DNA from: Planctomycetota bacterium
Lineage (GTDB): Bacteria; Planctomycetota; PLA2; JAEUHO01
Assembly: GCA_965223505.1 (NCBI GenBank)
Contig: CBDCWP010000031.1
Coordinates: 90,400-154,399 of the forward strand
DNA length: 64,000 bases
Reading direction: 5' to 3'
Shown here: positions 30,601 to 40,882 of the stretch, piece after piece
How positions within the stretch are numbered: the first letter of the stretch is position 1
How the letters are laid out: each line of letters opens with the position of its first letter
The notes under the pieces: model-generated
Database searches by the model: none
Told to the model about the DNA's origin: nothing
The model's input: only the letters and a program-made list of their open reading frames with translations
Position numbers and translations under genes: made by a program

Positions 30601-31857
30601 ATGCGGCACGCACTGCTGTTCCTTGCGCTGACGGCCTGTTTGCTTCCGGCCTGCGGCGACGACACGACCAACGAACCTGCGAACAAGGGCAACGCCGGCG
30701 CGAGCGCGAACAAGGCGCCCGCCGAAGGCGACGGTGCGACGACGGACGCGGTCACCGCAGCGATGAAGAAGGGCCGCGCGTTCCTGCTCTCCCAAATGAA
30801 CGACAAGGGGGCGGTCGGCGACAGCGCGGCGAAGGTTCCGCCGAATCCCGGCTTCACGGCGCTGGCCGCGGGCGCGATCATCGGCGCCACGCCCCGTGAC
30901 GCCGTACGCAACGACGAGGACATCGAGCGGGCGCTGTCGTTCCTGATCGGCTTCCAGCAGGAGAACGGTGCGATCGTCGATGGGTCGGGCAAGGACAACT
31001 ACGTCACGAGCGTCGTCATCGCGGCTCTCGCCGCGTCGCGGATTCCGGACTACGCCAAGCCCATGGCGGCCGCGCGCGACTACATCGTCGGCTCGCAGAT
31101 CACCGGCGACGAAAACGATCTCTCTTTCGGCGGCGTTCCGTACAAGCAGGACGACGGGCAGCCCTCCGACCTGTCGAACCTTCAGTACGCGGCCGAAGCG
31201 GCCAAGGCGGCCGGCCTACCGAAGGATCACGTGTTCTGGAAGAACACGTTGAAGCTGCTCGAGCGCTCGCAGAACAACTCGGAGTACAACACGGTCACGC
31301 ACGAGGTGGAGCACGACGGAGAGACGATCGTCGTCGTGTCGGGCAACGACGGCGGCGCCGGCTACGGCCCGGGCATGACCAAGGCCGATCCGCCCTACGT
31401 GAAGCGTGCCGACGGCAAGTGGGAGGTCAAGAGCTACGGCTCGATGACCTACGCGCTGTTGAAGTGCTACCTGTTCGCGGGTCTCGGCGCCGACGATCCG
31501 CGCGTGAAGGCGGCCGTCAGCTGGATCTCGAACAACTTCACCGTGGATCGCAATCCCGGCTTCGAAGGCGCCGAGGATCCGGCCAAGGCCGGTTGGTCGG
31601 GCTTCTACTACTACCTGCACGCCGCGGCGCGCGCGCTCGGCGAGTACGAGGCGGTCACCGGAAAGCCACTGGTCGTGACGGACGCCAACGGCGTCAAGCA
31701 CGACTGGCGCAAGGAGATCGGCGAGAAGCTCGTCTCGCTGCAGAACGACGACGGCAGCTGGCAAAACGAGAACCCACGCTGGTACGAGGGCATGAAGGTC
31801 ATCTCGACGAGCTACGCCCTGCAGACGCTGGCGTTCGTGCAGAACCGCCTCCCCTGA
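30601..31857 (+). CDS. Prenyltransferase/squalene-oxidase-repeat lipoprotein (alpha-alpha toroid)
   Basis: AGGAG RBS, lipobox LPAC; QQENGA, DLSNLQ, DGGAGY, SYGSMTYA, YYY, LQNDDGSWQN..RWYE. Confidence 0.8.
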   Translation: MRHALLFLALTACLLPACGDDTTNEPANKGNAGASANKAPAEGDGATTDAVTAAMKKGRAFLLSQMNDKGAVGDSAAKVPPNPGFTALAAGAIIGATPRDAVRNDEDIERALSFLIGFQQENGAIVDGSGKDNYVTSVVIAALAASRIPDYAKPMAAARDYIVGSQITGDENDLSFGGVPYKQDDGQPSDLSNLQYAAEAAKAAGLPKDHVFWKNTLKLLERSQNNSEYNTVTHEVEHDGETIVVVSGNDGGAGYGPGMTKADPPYVKRADGKWEVKSYGSMTYALLKCYLFAGLGADDPRVKAAVSWISNNFTVDRNPGFEGAEDPAKAGWSGFYYYLHAAARALGEYEAVTGKPLVVTDANGVKHDWRKEIGEKLVSLQNDDGSWQNENPRWYEGMKVISTSYALQTLAFVQNRLP

Positions 31858-31877
31858 CCGTCGAGCTCCACCTGAGG

Positions 31878-32543
31878 ATGCGGTGGCTCTGCACCGCGCT
31901 CGTCCCGCCCTGTGTCGCGCTTGCGATCGCCGGCGGTGCGCCGGACGACGCGCGCGGGCTCTTCCAGGCGCATCTCGGCGCGCTCGTGGCCGTCGCCGCG
32001 ACGTGCGCCTTCGCGGTGCGCGCACGCATCGGGGACGCGGTCGCGCTCGTCGTCGGCGCCGGGCTGTGCGCGGTCGTGCATCTCGCGTGGCGCGGAACCG
32101 ACGGTGCGTTCGCCCTCGCCGTGCTGGTCGCCGGGTCCGGAGCGGCGTCGTCGGGCCTGGCCGCGGTCGGGCGCGCGATCGGTGCGTCCGCGTTGCCGTG
32201 CGGCGCGCTCGGCGCGGCCGTCGTGTGGGCCGCGATGTCGGGCGTCTTCTGGGCGGACGACGTCGCCGCGTCCCTGCCCTACGGCAAGCAGCACGCGTTT
32301 CGGCAGGCCGTGTTGCACGCCGACGCCGCGACCGCCTGTGCGTACGGCGTGGCGCACTTCGACCGCCTGCACGACCCGGTCGTGTACGCCCGTGCCCGCC
32401 TCGCGGAGACGCTCTTGACGCGGCCGGATCCGCTGCCGACGGGTGCGCTTTGGCTCTGTCTTGGCCTGCTCGCGTGGACCGTGGCAGTCTGGCGCGGCGC
32501 GGACCGCGAGGCCGCCGCCACCGACGATGACGAACCAAGCTGA
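31878..32543 (+). CDS. Multi-pass membrane hypothetical protein
   Basis: Several hydrophobic segments; coupled between co-oriented genes. Confidence 0.6.
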   Translation: MRWLCTALVPPCVALAIAGGAPDDARGLFQAHLGALVAVAATCAFAVRARIGDAVALVVGAGLCAVVHLAWRGTDGAFALAVLVAGSGAASSGLAAVGRAIGASALPCGALGAAVVWAAMSGVFWADDVAASLPYGKQHAFRQAVLHADAATACAYGVAHFDRLHDPVVYARARLAETLLTRPDPLPTGALWLCLGLLAWTVAVWRGADREAAATDDDEPS

Positions 32544-33903
32544 TCCCACGCCGCAACACGTGCTCGTCGTCGGAGCGGGCGGGATCGGATGTCCGGCGGC
32601 CTGGGGGCTGCGGGAGCGCGGCACGCCGCGCGTGACGCTGATCGACCCGGACGTCGTCGAGGCGTCGAACCTGCCGCGCCAGGTGCTCTACACACCGGAC
32701 GACGTGGCGCGTCCGAAGGCCGAGGTGGCTGCCGAGCGGTTGGGGGGCGCGGCGCGCGGCGTCTTCGGCGTGCACGCCCGCCTGGACGATGCGAACGCCG
32801 ACCGCTTCCTCGACGGCGTCGACGTCGTCATCGACGCGACGGACGGCGCGCGCGTCAAGGACTGGGTCAACCAGCTGGCGGTCCGCACGCGCCTGCCTCT
32901 GGTTCACGCGGCGGGCTTGCGCGCGGAGGCGCGGCTGCTGCCGGTGCCGGCGGGCGGCCGGCCCTGCCTGGCCTGCCTGTTCGGGCGGCTCGAGGACGAG
33001 ACCGGTTCCTGCGCCGACCTCGGCGTCTGGAACGCGGCGGTGGGGACGGTCGGCTTCCTTGCTGCGCAGTGCGCGCACGAGCTCGCGGCGCGCCGGGCAC
33101 GGGCGGCGTATCACGTGCTCGATTTCGAGACGCTTCGTCGCACCGATCTGGACGTGCGGCCTGACGACGCGTGTCCGGTTTGCGTGACGGAGGGCGCGCC
33201 GGTCGAGGCGTACCCCGATGACGCCGCGTGCGCGCCGACCGAGCCGGCGCAGGCCGCGATGCCGTCCGGCGACGTGCTGGATCTGGTCGAGGAACGCTGT
33301 CCGATGAACCTCCTGCGCGCTCGCCGCGCGCTCGAAGCGTGCCCGGTGGGCGACGTGCTCGAGATCCATCTCGGCGCGGAAGGCGCGGAGACCGTGCCGA
33401 GCGGGGTGCAGGCGCTCGGCCACGACGTGATCCTGCGCGAACCGCTCGGCGCGGGACTGCGGCTCGAGGTGCGGGCGGGCGACACGGCCGACCGGGCCGT
33501 TCTCGATCCGGGCGCCCTGAAGCGCTTCGCGCGGCAGGTCGTGTTGCCCGAGATCGGCGAGGCGGGGCAGGCACGACTACGGGACGCGACGGTGTCGGTG
33601 CGCGGCACGGGCGCCGCGCTTGCGTCCTGCGCGCTCTATCTCGCTGCGAGCGGCGTCGGCATGCTCTACGTGCAGGGCGACGTCGCGCCGTTCGGCGCCG
33701 CCTCAATCGTCGACGTCTGTGCGCGCCGGTCGATCGGCACCGTGACCGCCTGCGACCACGAGCCGCGCGTCGACGTCGTCTGCGACACGGACACCGTCGA
33801 CGGCGTCGTCGCGTCCATCGCGGGGGACGACGCCCTCGCGCGCGGGGCCGTCTTCGCGCATCGCGTCCAGCGGGAGATCGTGAGCGCCTACGACGGCAAG
33901 TGA
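32527..33903 (+). CDS. ThiF/MoeB adenylyltransferase fused to a TusA-like domain and a degenerate second ThiF domain
   Basis: VVGAGGIG, DPDVVEASNLPRQ, CLAC/CPVC; LDLVEERCPMNLLRARRAL (TusA); RFARQVVLPEIGEAGQARL (ThiF N-terminus). Confidence 0.85.
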   Translation: MTNQADPTPQHVLVVGAGGIGCPAAWGLRERGTPRVTLIDPDVVEASNLPRQVLYTPDDVARPKAEVAAERLGGAARGVFGVHARLDDANADRFLDGVDVVIDATDGARVKDWVNQLAVRTRLPLVHAAGLRAEARLLPVPAGGRPCLACLFGRLEDETGSCADLGVWNAAVGTVGFLAAQCAHELAARRARAAYHVLDFETLRRTDLDVRPDDACPVCVTEGAPVEAYPDDAACAPTEPAQAAMPSGDVLDLVEERCPMNLLRARRALEACPVGDVLEIHLGAEGAETVPSGVQALGHDVILREPLGAGLRLEVRAGDTADRAVLDPGALKRFARQVVLPEIGEAGQARLRDATVSVRGTGAALASCALYLAASGVGMLYVQGDVAPFGAASIVDVCARRSIGTVTACDHEPRVDVVCDTDTVDGVVASIAGDDALARGAVFAHRVQREIVSAYDGK

Positions 33904-34805
33904 CGGTAGAGATTCAAGTAGAAGCTCAGGACGCGCGCGGCGATCACGCCGCCGATGACCAACATCATCACGACCGGCAGGATGGCCGTGGTCTTCTTGC
34001 GGCGCAGCTCCACGTCGAGCTCGAGCTCGGAGGCGATTCCGCGCGCGGCCTGCGCCGTCTCGCCGGCGCGCTCGGCGGCGATGAGTCGGTCGGCGAACGA
34101 ATGCGGGATCGTCTTCCAGGCGCCCCCCAGATCGAGGCCCTCGCGCACACGGCTGCGCGCGTTGTAGAGATCCACGGCGGCGCGCCCGCCCGCGCCCGCG
34201 ACGACGGCCAGCTCCAGCGTTTCGTTCAGCGGCACCCCCGCCTGCTCGCACGCGGCCAGCACGGTGAACGCGCGCGCGTCGGCCTCTTCGACGCGGTTGC
34301 GTGTGAGCAGGTTGTTCGACGGCGGCCGCGGGGCGACGATCTCGTTGGGCACCGCTTCGGGCACGCTCGCGCGCCTCGAGAGGATGACGTAGAGGAGGAC
34401 CGGGACGAGTGTCGCGGCGCTCCACTTGAGTCCGGCAAAGAACTCGCCCTTGACCCAGTCGGGGCCCGCGAGCAGGACGGCGCCGAGGCAGGCGAGGAAC
34501 ATGGGGTAGGCGAGCGCGGCCTTGCGCTGCTTCGTGCGGCGCGCCTCCTCTTCGTGGGCGTCGGCGATCTGCGCCAGGGTCTGCTCGAGGGTGCCGCTCT
34601 TCTCGCCGGCGTGCAGCAGGGCCCGGTCCACGGGCGTCACGAATCGTTGAAGCGCGGACGCCAGGCTCTCCCCGCCCGCGAGGGCGTCCCGCGCTTCGTG
34701 CAACCGGCCGTCGCGGCCGCCGGCGGACTCGACGATCTCGGGCCAGGACAGGCCCGCCCGGTAGAGCGTCGCCATGCTGCGAAATTGTGCCGCTTTCAAT
34801 GCCAT
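33888..34805 (-). CDS. Type II secretion / type IV pilus platform protein (GspF/PilC family)
   Basis: Two T2SSF repeats: GESLASAL...AGEKSGTLEQTL...ALAYP, and AAERAGET. Confidence 0.85.
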   Translation of the reverse strand: MALKAAQFRSMATLYRAGLSWPEIVESAGGRDGRLHEARDALAGGESLASALQRFVTPVDRALLHAGEKSGTLEQTLAQIADAHEEEARRTKQRKAALAYPMFLACLGAVLLAGPDWVKGEFFAGLKWSAATLVPVLLYVILSRRASVPEAVPNEIVAPRPPSNNLLTRNRVEEADARAFTVLAACEQAGVPLNETLELAVVAGAGGRAAVDLYNARSRVREGLDLGGAWKTIPHSFADRLIAAERAGETAQAARGIASELELDVELRRKKTTAILPVVMMLVIGGVIAARVLSFYLNLYRHLPS

Positions 34806-34967
34806 GCGGCCCCCAAGCTACCTCGCCCGTCACCACAGGTCCGAGCGGGTCGCGAACTGCGGCCGATCCGGCTCGTTCCATCGAACGGCGCCGCCCTCCA
34901 ACCGCTATGATGGCGGACTGCCCGGTTGCGTTCCCCCAACCGGGTCCCCTGCGGAAAAGAGCTCCTC

Positions 34968-36077
34968 ATGTCACAAGTCATCGAATGCCCTAGCTGTTCC
35001 AAGAAGTTCAAGTTGCCGCCGCAGCCGCCGGCCATCTTCACCTGCACCGGATGTCAGACGCCGATGGACCTCTCCGACTTCGGCGGCGCCGAGGCGCCTC
35101 CGCCTCCGCCCGCCGGCCGTCGCGCCGTGCGCCGCGGCGGCGGTCGCAGCGCGCCGCGACGGGGCGGGCGTCCCTCCGCCCGCCGGGGGCGCGGCCGCGG
35201 CGCGCGCGGCGGGCACGACGACTACGACGACGAAGACGGCGGGTACCGCGGGCGCGGTCGCCGCGAGCAGAACAACACCGGTCTGGTCATCGGCGCCGGC
35301 GTCGCGGTGATCATCGCGGTGATCGCGGTCATTGCGATCACGAAGGACGATGACCCGGCCCCGGACGAGGGCACCAACGTCGCGGACAACGAAGCGGGCG
35401 GCACCGGCGCGACCGACACCACCGGCATGATGACGACGCCCAACCCGATGAACCCCGGCGGGGTGCCGGGAACGCCGACACCGGTTCCGTCGGGCACCAA
35501 CCCGTCGGGCGCGAACCCGGACGCGAACCCGGGTGCGAATCCCGCGGGGGCGGACCCGGCGGCAGGCAGCGAGGATCCGCAGGCCGGTCGCCTGCCCCGG
35601 CGTCGAAGCGGTTCACTCAGGCTCAAGAACATCAATCTCAAGGTGTTCGACTGGCCGGACGAGGTCCCGGCGGAGACCCGCGGCAAGGTCGAGGAGGCGA
35701 TCGAGAACCTGTACCTCGGTGGCCGCGACGGCATCGACGCCGAGGCGTACCTGGTGAAGGAGGGCCACAAGATCTGTGGTCGCATCATCAGTGAGTTCAA
35801 GACCGTCACCGACGAGTTCGGTCTGGATAGTCGCGAGGGGATGTCGCGTTTGATGGTGCTCGACCGAACCTTGCGCAAGATCGACGGTTATCAGGAACGC
35901 CGCTGGCGCCGCTACGAGCCGATCAAGCACGCGTCGGCCGAGAGCTATGCGATGAGCGGCATGAAGATCTGGGTGCACTGGTGGGACTCGGGTGAGTGGA
36001 AGGAAGAGCCTCGCAAGCCCTGGGATCCGCGGATCGACAGCAAGGACGACGAAGAAGAAGAGAAGAAGGACTCGTAA
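34968..36077 (+). CDS. Hypothetical single-pass membrane protein with N-terminal zinc ribbon
   Basis: CPSC...CTGC, Arg/Gly-rich region, TM, Pro/Asn-rich linker. Confidence 0.7.
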   Translation: MSQVIECPSCSKKFKLPPQPPAIFTCTGCQTPMDLSDFGGAEAPPPPPAGRRAVRRGGGRSAPRRGGRPSARRGRGRGARGGHDDYDDEDGGYRGRGRREQNNTGLVIGAGVAVIIAVIAVIAITKDDDPAPDEGTNVADNEAGGTGATDTTGMMTTPNPMNPGGVPGTPTPVPSGTNPSGANPDANPGANPAGADPAAGSEDPQAGRLPRRRSGSLRLKNINLKVFDWPDEVPAETRGKVEEAIENLYLGGRDGIDAEAYLVKEGHKICGRIISEFKTVTDEFGLDSREGMSRLMVLDRTLRKIDGYQERRWRRYEPIKHASAESYAMSGMKIWVHWWDSGEWKEEPRKPWDPRIDSKDDEEEEKKDS

Positions 36078-36087
36078 CGGCGCGCCC

Positions 36088-38142
36088 GTGTCCGACGCTT
36101 CGGGACCGACCCTGACCCGCGACGGCATCGCGCGCTCGGACGCACCGTTTCGTCTGACGAGCCGGTTTCGACCCGCCGGTGACCAGGCGGACGCGATTCG
36201 CGCGTTGGTCGAGGGCGACCGCAGCGGCGCCAAACAGCAGGTTCTGCTCGGCGTGACCGGCTCGGGCAAGACGTTCACGATCGCGAACGTGATCGCCGCG
36301 CTGAACCGGCCGACGCTGATCCTCGCGCCCAACAAGACGCTCGCCTCGCAGCTATTCGAGGAATTCCGCGTCTTGTTCCCTGAGAACGCGGTCGAGTACT
36401 TCGTCTCGTTCTACGACTACTACCAGCCCGAGGCGTACGTGCCCGCACGGGATCTCTACATCGAGAAGGACGCGTCGATCAACGACCGCATCGATCGCAT
36501 GCGTCACGCCGCGACGAAGGCCGCGCTGACGCGCCGCGACGTGATCGTCGTGGCCAGCGTCTCGTGCATCTACGGCCTCGGCTCGCCGGAGGAGTACCGC
36601 AACTTCCACGTCTGGATCCAGGAGGGCGACGAGGTCGACCGCGACGTGGTCCTGCGGCGTCTGGCGCGCATCCGCTATCAGCGCAACGACGTCTCGCCCG
36701 GCCGCGGCTGCTTTCGCGTGCGCGGCGACGTCGTGGAGATCGGACCGGCGGACTCGTCCGACCGTCTCCTGCGCGTCGAGTGGTTCGGCGACACGGTCGA
36801 ACGCATCGAAGAGATCGATCTGCTGACGGGCGAGGTCCTGGGCAAGCGCGACTCGGCGTCGTTCTTCCCGTCGAGCCACTACATGCAGAGCGACCAGGCC
36901 CTGAAACGGGCGATCCGCGAGATCGCGCAGGAGTTGGAAGAGCGCGTCGAGTTCTTCAAGGCGAACGGGAAGCTGGTCGAAGCGGACCGGTTGCTGCGCC
37001 GCACGAAGTACGACCTCGCCTTGATGCGCGAAACGGGCTTCTGCCCCGGCATCGAGAACTACTCGCGGCATCTGGACGGACGGCAGGTGGGGGAGCCGCC
37101 GGCGACGTTGCTCGACTATCTCGACGAGGACTTCCTGTTGGTCGTGGACGAGAGCCACGTCGCCGTGCCGCAGGTCGGCGGCATGTTCCACGCCGACCGT
37201 CGGCGCAAGGAGAACCTGGTCGAGTACGGCTTCCGGCTGCCGTGCGCGCTGGACAACCGGCCGCTCACGTTCGAGGAGTTCGAGGCGCGCATCGACCGGA
37301 CGCTCTACTCGTCGGCGACGCCGGGACCGTACGAGCGCAAGCGCGCCGAGGGGCACGTCGTCGAGCAGGTCATCCGTCCTACCGGGCTGATCGACCCCGC
37401 GGTCGAGGTGCGGCCGGCCCGCGGGCAGGTGGACGACCTGCTGTCGGAGGTGCGCGCGCGGGCGGAGCGCGACGAGCGCGTCCTGGTCACCACGCTGACG
37501 AAGCGCATGGCGGAGGATCTGACGGAGCACTTCACGGACATCGGCGTGAAGGCGCGCTACATGCACTCGGACATCAACACGTTGGAGCGCGCGGAGATCC
37601 TGAAGGAGCTGCGTCTGGGCACCTTCGACGTGCTGGTGGGCATCAATCTGCTGCGTGAGGGGCTGGATCTGCCCGAGGTGACGTTGGTCGCGGTGCTGGA
37701 CGCGGACAAGGAGGGCTTCCTGCGTTCGGAGACGTCGCTGATCCAGGTGAGCGGCCGCGCCGCGCGCAACGTCGACGGGCGCGTGATTCTGTACGCCGAC
37801 GACAGCACGGGCTCCATGGAGCGCGCGCTGGGGGAGATGGAGCGGCGGCGCGCGAAGCAGACGGCGTACAACGAGGAACACGGCGTGGTGCCGCAGACCG
37901 TGAGGCGGGGCATTCGCGACACGGTGAGCGAGGTGTATGCGGAGCGGGACTACGTCGACTTGACGGGGATGGACGAGATGGGCGAGGTGACGGACGCGAC
38001 GCGTTCGTTGCTGGAGCAGCGCGACGAGCTGGAGACGCAGATGCGCGCCGCGGCGGAGGCGCTGCGGTTCGAGGACGCGGCGAAGCTGCGCGATCGGATG
38101 AGGCGGATCGAGAAGCTCATTCTGATGGGCGGGGACTCGTAA
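36088..38142 (+). CDS. uvrB: Excinuclease ABC subunit B
   Basis: [38 protein letters not shown]-terminal UVR motif. Confidence 0.98.
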   Translation: MSDASGPTLTRDGIARSDAPFRLTSRFRPAGDQADAIRALVEGDRSGAKQQVLLGVTGSGKTFTIANVIAALNRPTLILAPNKTLASQLFEEFRVLFPENAVEYFVSFYDYYQPEAYVPARDLYIEKDASINDRIDRMRHAATKAALTRRDVIVVASVSCIYGLGSPEEYRNFHVWIQEGDEVDRDVVLRRLARIRYQRNDVSPGRGCFRVRGDVVEIGPADSSDRLLRVEWFGDTVERIEEIDLLTGEVLGKRDSASFFPSSHYMQSDQALKRAIREIAQELEERVEFFKANGKLVEADRLLRRTKYDLALMRETGFCPGIENYSRHLDGRQVGEPPATLLDYLDEDFLLVVDESHVAVPQVGGMFHADRRRKENLVEYGFRLPCALDNRPLTFEEFEARIDRTLYSSATPGPYERKRAEGHVVEQVIRPTGLIDPAVEVRPARGQVDDLLSEVRARAERDERVLVTTLTKRMAEDLTEHFTDIGVKARYMHSDINTLERAEILKELRLGTFDVLVGINLLREGLDLPEVTLVAVLDADKEGFLRSETSLIQVSGRAARNVDGRVILYADDSTGSMERALGEMERRRAKQTAYNEEHGVVPQTVRRGIRDTVSEVYAERDYVDLTGMDEMGEVTDATRSLLEQRDELETQMRAAAEALRFEDAAKLRDRMRRIEKLILMGGDS

Positions 38143-38241
38143 GGGCGGCGCACGTTGCCACCAGCGGCCGGACGAGCATCTCCGGCGTTCGCACCGGGCG
38201 ATTCGCGGGCGCGGGCAAGCCCCGCCCCTACATTCTCTGTC

Positions 38242-40074
38242 GTGACGGACGAGGACCCGCGCCGAGCCAAGCTGTTGGAACGCGTGAAGCGCGTGCCGAC
38301 AGGACCCGGTGTCTATCGCTGGCGGGACGCCAACTGCCGTGTCCTCTACGTCGGCAAGGCAGCCAACCTGCGCTCGCGCGTGCGGCAGTACCTCGGCGCC
38401 CGCGGCGACGGTCGGCCGCTCGTGCACCTGCTCATGCGCCGCGCCGTCGACGTCGACGTCATCACGACCGAGACGCCCGAGGCGGCGCTGCTGCTCGAGA
38501 ACACGCTCATCAAGCAGGAACGCCCTCCCTACAACCTGCGCCTCAAAGACGACAAGTCGTATCTGCTGGTGCGCGTCGACCGCGAGCATCCGTTCCCGCG
38601 CTTGCGGCTCGTTCGCAAGATCAAGAAGGACGGGGCGCAGTACATCGGCCCCTTCGCCAGCGCCAAGGGCCTGCGGCGTACGCTGCGTTTCCTGCGAACC
38701 CTCTATCCCCTGCGTAGCTGCAGCGACCGCGAGTTGAACGAACGTGAGCGGCCGTGTCTGTATCACCAGATCGGTCGCTGCTCGGCGCCGTGCGTCGACG
38801 CCATCACACCCGAGCGCTACGCGACGCACGTCGAAGGATCGTTGGCCATCCTGCGCGGACGGGATGAAGGCCTGCTCGCCCGCCTGAAGGCCGACATGGC
38901 GAGCGCCTCCGCGGATCTCGAGTACGAACGCGCGGCGATGTTGCGCGACCGCGCCCAGGCCATCGAGGCCGCGCTCGCCCGGCAAGAGGCCGTGAGCCCC
39001 GACGGCAAGGACCGCGACGTCGTCGCGGTCGCGTCCGCGGGCGGCATGGCCATGGTCGGCATCGTGTACGTGCGCGAGGGGTCGGTCGTCGCCACGCGCT
39101 CGCTGCCCCAGCAGACGTCGCTCAGCAAGCGCGACGTGCTGACGGCGTTCGTGTCGCAGTTCTACCTGCGCGGCAAGGTCGTCCCGCCCGAGGTGCTCGT
39201 CGAGACGCTGCCCGAAGACGTCGAAGGCCTGGAGGAGGTGCTGCGGGGCGTTCGCGGCGGCAACGTCTCCATTCGCCAACCCAAGCGCGGCGCCGGACGC
39301 GACCTGGTCGGGATGGCCGTCCGCAACGCCGAGCTCGCGCTGGAGGAACACTCGGCGCGCGCGCGCTCGTCCCGAGAGGCGTTGGAGTCGCTGGCGAAGG
39401 TGGTCGAGCTCGACGCGGCGCCGTACCGCATCGAGGGCTACGACCTGTCGCATCTGCGCGGCGCCGACCCGGTCGCGGGCATGTCCGTCCTGCTCGGTGG
39501 CGTCGCGGACAGCTCGTCCTACCGGCATTTCGCCATTCGCGAAGCGGAGGGCGGTGACGACTACGGCGGCATGCAGGAGGTGATTCGCCGCCGCTTCAAG
39601 GCCGGCGTGAAGCTGGGCGAGCTCCCGGATCTCGTGCTCGTCGACGGCGGCCGTGGTCAGCTGAACGCCGCTCGGGAGGCGTTGAAGGGCCTGGGCATGG
39701 ACACGGTACCCGTCGTGTCGCTGGCGAAGGCGCGCAGGGGCGAAGGGGAACAGGCGCACGAGCGCATCATCGTGCCGCATCGACGGGGCGCGATCATCCT
39801 GCCGCCCACGGACCCGGCATTGCGGCTGTTGGTGCGCGCGCGCGACGAAGCGCATCGGTTTGCCGGGCGGTATCAGCGCAAGCGGCGCGCGGAGGCGTTC
39901 GGGTCCGGAGAGCTCGACGGCATTCCGGGCGTCGGTCCGGCGCGGCGCCGGCGCCTGTTGCAGCACTTCGGCTCCGTGAAGGACCTGAAGGTCGCGCCCT
40001 TCGAGGACCTCGCCGCGGTACCCGGCATCGGCGAGCGGCTCGCGCGGTTGATCCGCGATCGGTTGGGCGTGTAG
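38242..40074 (+). CDS. uvrC: Excinuclease ABC subunit C
   Basis: GIY-YIG (PGVY...YVGKAANLRSRV), Cys cluster, RIEGYDLSH, DGGRGQ, RDEAHRFA, HhH. Confidence 0.97.
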   Translation: MTDEDPRRAKLLERVKRVPTGPGVYRWRDANCRVLYVGKAANLRSRVRQYLGARGDGRPLVHLLMRRAVDVDVITTETPEAALLLENTLIKQERPPYNLRLKDDKSYLLVRVDREHPFPRLRLVRKIKKDGAQYIGPFASAKGLRRTLRFLRTLYPLRSCSDRELNERERPCLYHQIGRCSAPCVDAITPERYATHVEGSLAILRGRDEGLLARLKADMASASADLEYERAAMLRDRAQAIEAALARQEAVSPDGKDRDVVAVASAGGMAMVGIVYVREGSVVATRSLPQQTSLSKRDVLTAFVSQFYLRGKVVPPEVLVETLPEDVEGLEEVLRGVRGGNVSIRQPKRGAGRDLVGMAVRNAELALEEHSARARSSREALESLAKVVELDAAPYRIEGYDLSHLRGADPVAGMSVLLGGVADSSSYRHFAIREAEGGDDYGGMQEVIRRRFKAGVKLGELPDLVLVDGGRGQLNAAREALKGLGMDTVPVVSLAKARRGEGEQAHERIIVPHRRGAIILPPTDPALRLLVRARDEAHRFAGRYQRKRRAEAFGSGELDGIPGVGPARRRRLLQHFGSVKDLKVAPFEDLAAVPGIGERLARLIRDRLGV

Positions 40075-40185
40075 GGGCGACCCCCGTGGTCGCCCGATGG
40101 GACTAAGGGCGACCCTCGTGGTCGCCCAATTCGTCGATCAGGTCCCACCGAATCAACGATTGGGCGCCGCGAGGGCTGCCCCTAC
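40071..40185. repeat. GTAG-type REP-like palindromic cluster (three copies)
   Basis: GTAGGGGCGACCCCCGTGGTCGCCC (40071-40095), TAAGGGCGACCCTCGTGGTCGCCC (40104-40127) and inverted GTAGGGGCAGCCCTCGCGGCGCCC (40185-40162). Confidence 0.75.
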
Positions 40186-40880
40186 AGCAACGCGTGCAAC
40201 GACGACACGATGTAGCGCGGTTGCGGACCGCCGGGTTCGAGCGGGCGCTCCTCGTTCTCGATCCACACGCTCGCCATGCCCGCCGCGTTGGCGCCGCCGA
40301 CGTCCGCGCGCGGGTTGTCGCCGACGTACACCATTCGCTCCGGTGACATGCCGAAGTGATCGATCGCGCGGCGAAACAGGGCCTGCGCCGGTTTGATGCA
40401 CCCGTGGTCCGACGACCAGACGCGGACGTCGAACACGTCCAGCACGCCCGCGCGCCGAAGCTCCGCTTCGAACAGGTCCTTCGGCGACCAGATGTTCGAG
40501 ATCAGCCCGAGCGGGTGCGAGTGGTGCAGGGAACGCACGGCCTCGGCGTGTCCGATGGGGACGCGTCCGCACTCGTGCCGCGCGACGACCGCCTCGACGC
40601 GGTGCCGCTCGCTCGCTGCGAGGTCGCCGTGGCGTTCGTCGAGATGCGCCCTGACGAGCTGGAAGCGTTCGTAGGACGCCGGATCACGGTTCTGCGCGTA
40701 CATGACGTCGAGCACGTCGCCGATGCGCGTTGCCAGCTCGACCGCGTCGAGACGCGTGCCGCCGAGGTCGCAGTACGTCCGGTAGAGCTCGGCCGGATCG
40801 AAGAACCGGTCGCAATCGAACATGAACGTGTTGCCCATGTCGAGCAAGACGACGTCGAAGTCGTCGATGAGGCGCGGCAT
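40182..40880 (-). CDS. HAD-superfamily hydrolase
   Basis: LLDMGNT, LISN, KP, YVGDNPRADVGGA. Confidence 0.9.
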   Translation of the reverse strand: MPRLIDDFDVVLLDMGNTFMFDCDRFFDPAELYRTYCDLGGTRLDAVELATRIGDVLDVMYAQNRDPASYERFQLVRAHLDERHGDLAASERHRVEAVVARHECGRVPIGHAEAVRSLHHSHPLGLISNIWSPKDLFEAELRRAGVLDVFDVRVWSSDHGCIKPAQALFRRAIDHFGMSPERMVYVGDNPRADVGGANAAGMASVWIENEERPLEPGGPQPRYIVSSLHALL

Positions 40881-40882
40881 GT

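Noticed and set aside
40071..40185. CRISPR mini-array
   Set aside because: Copies are nearly adjacent or inverted with no spacer-sized unique sequences and no cas genes; fits a REP instead.
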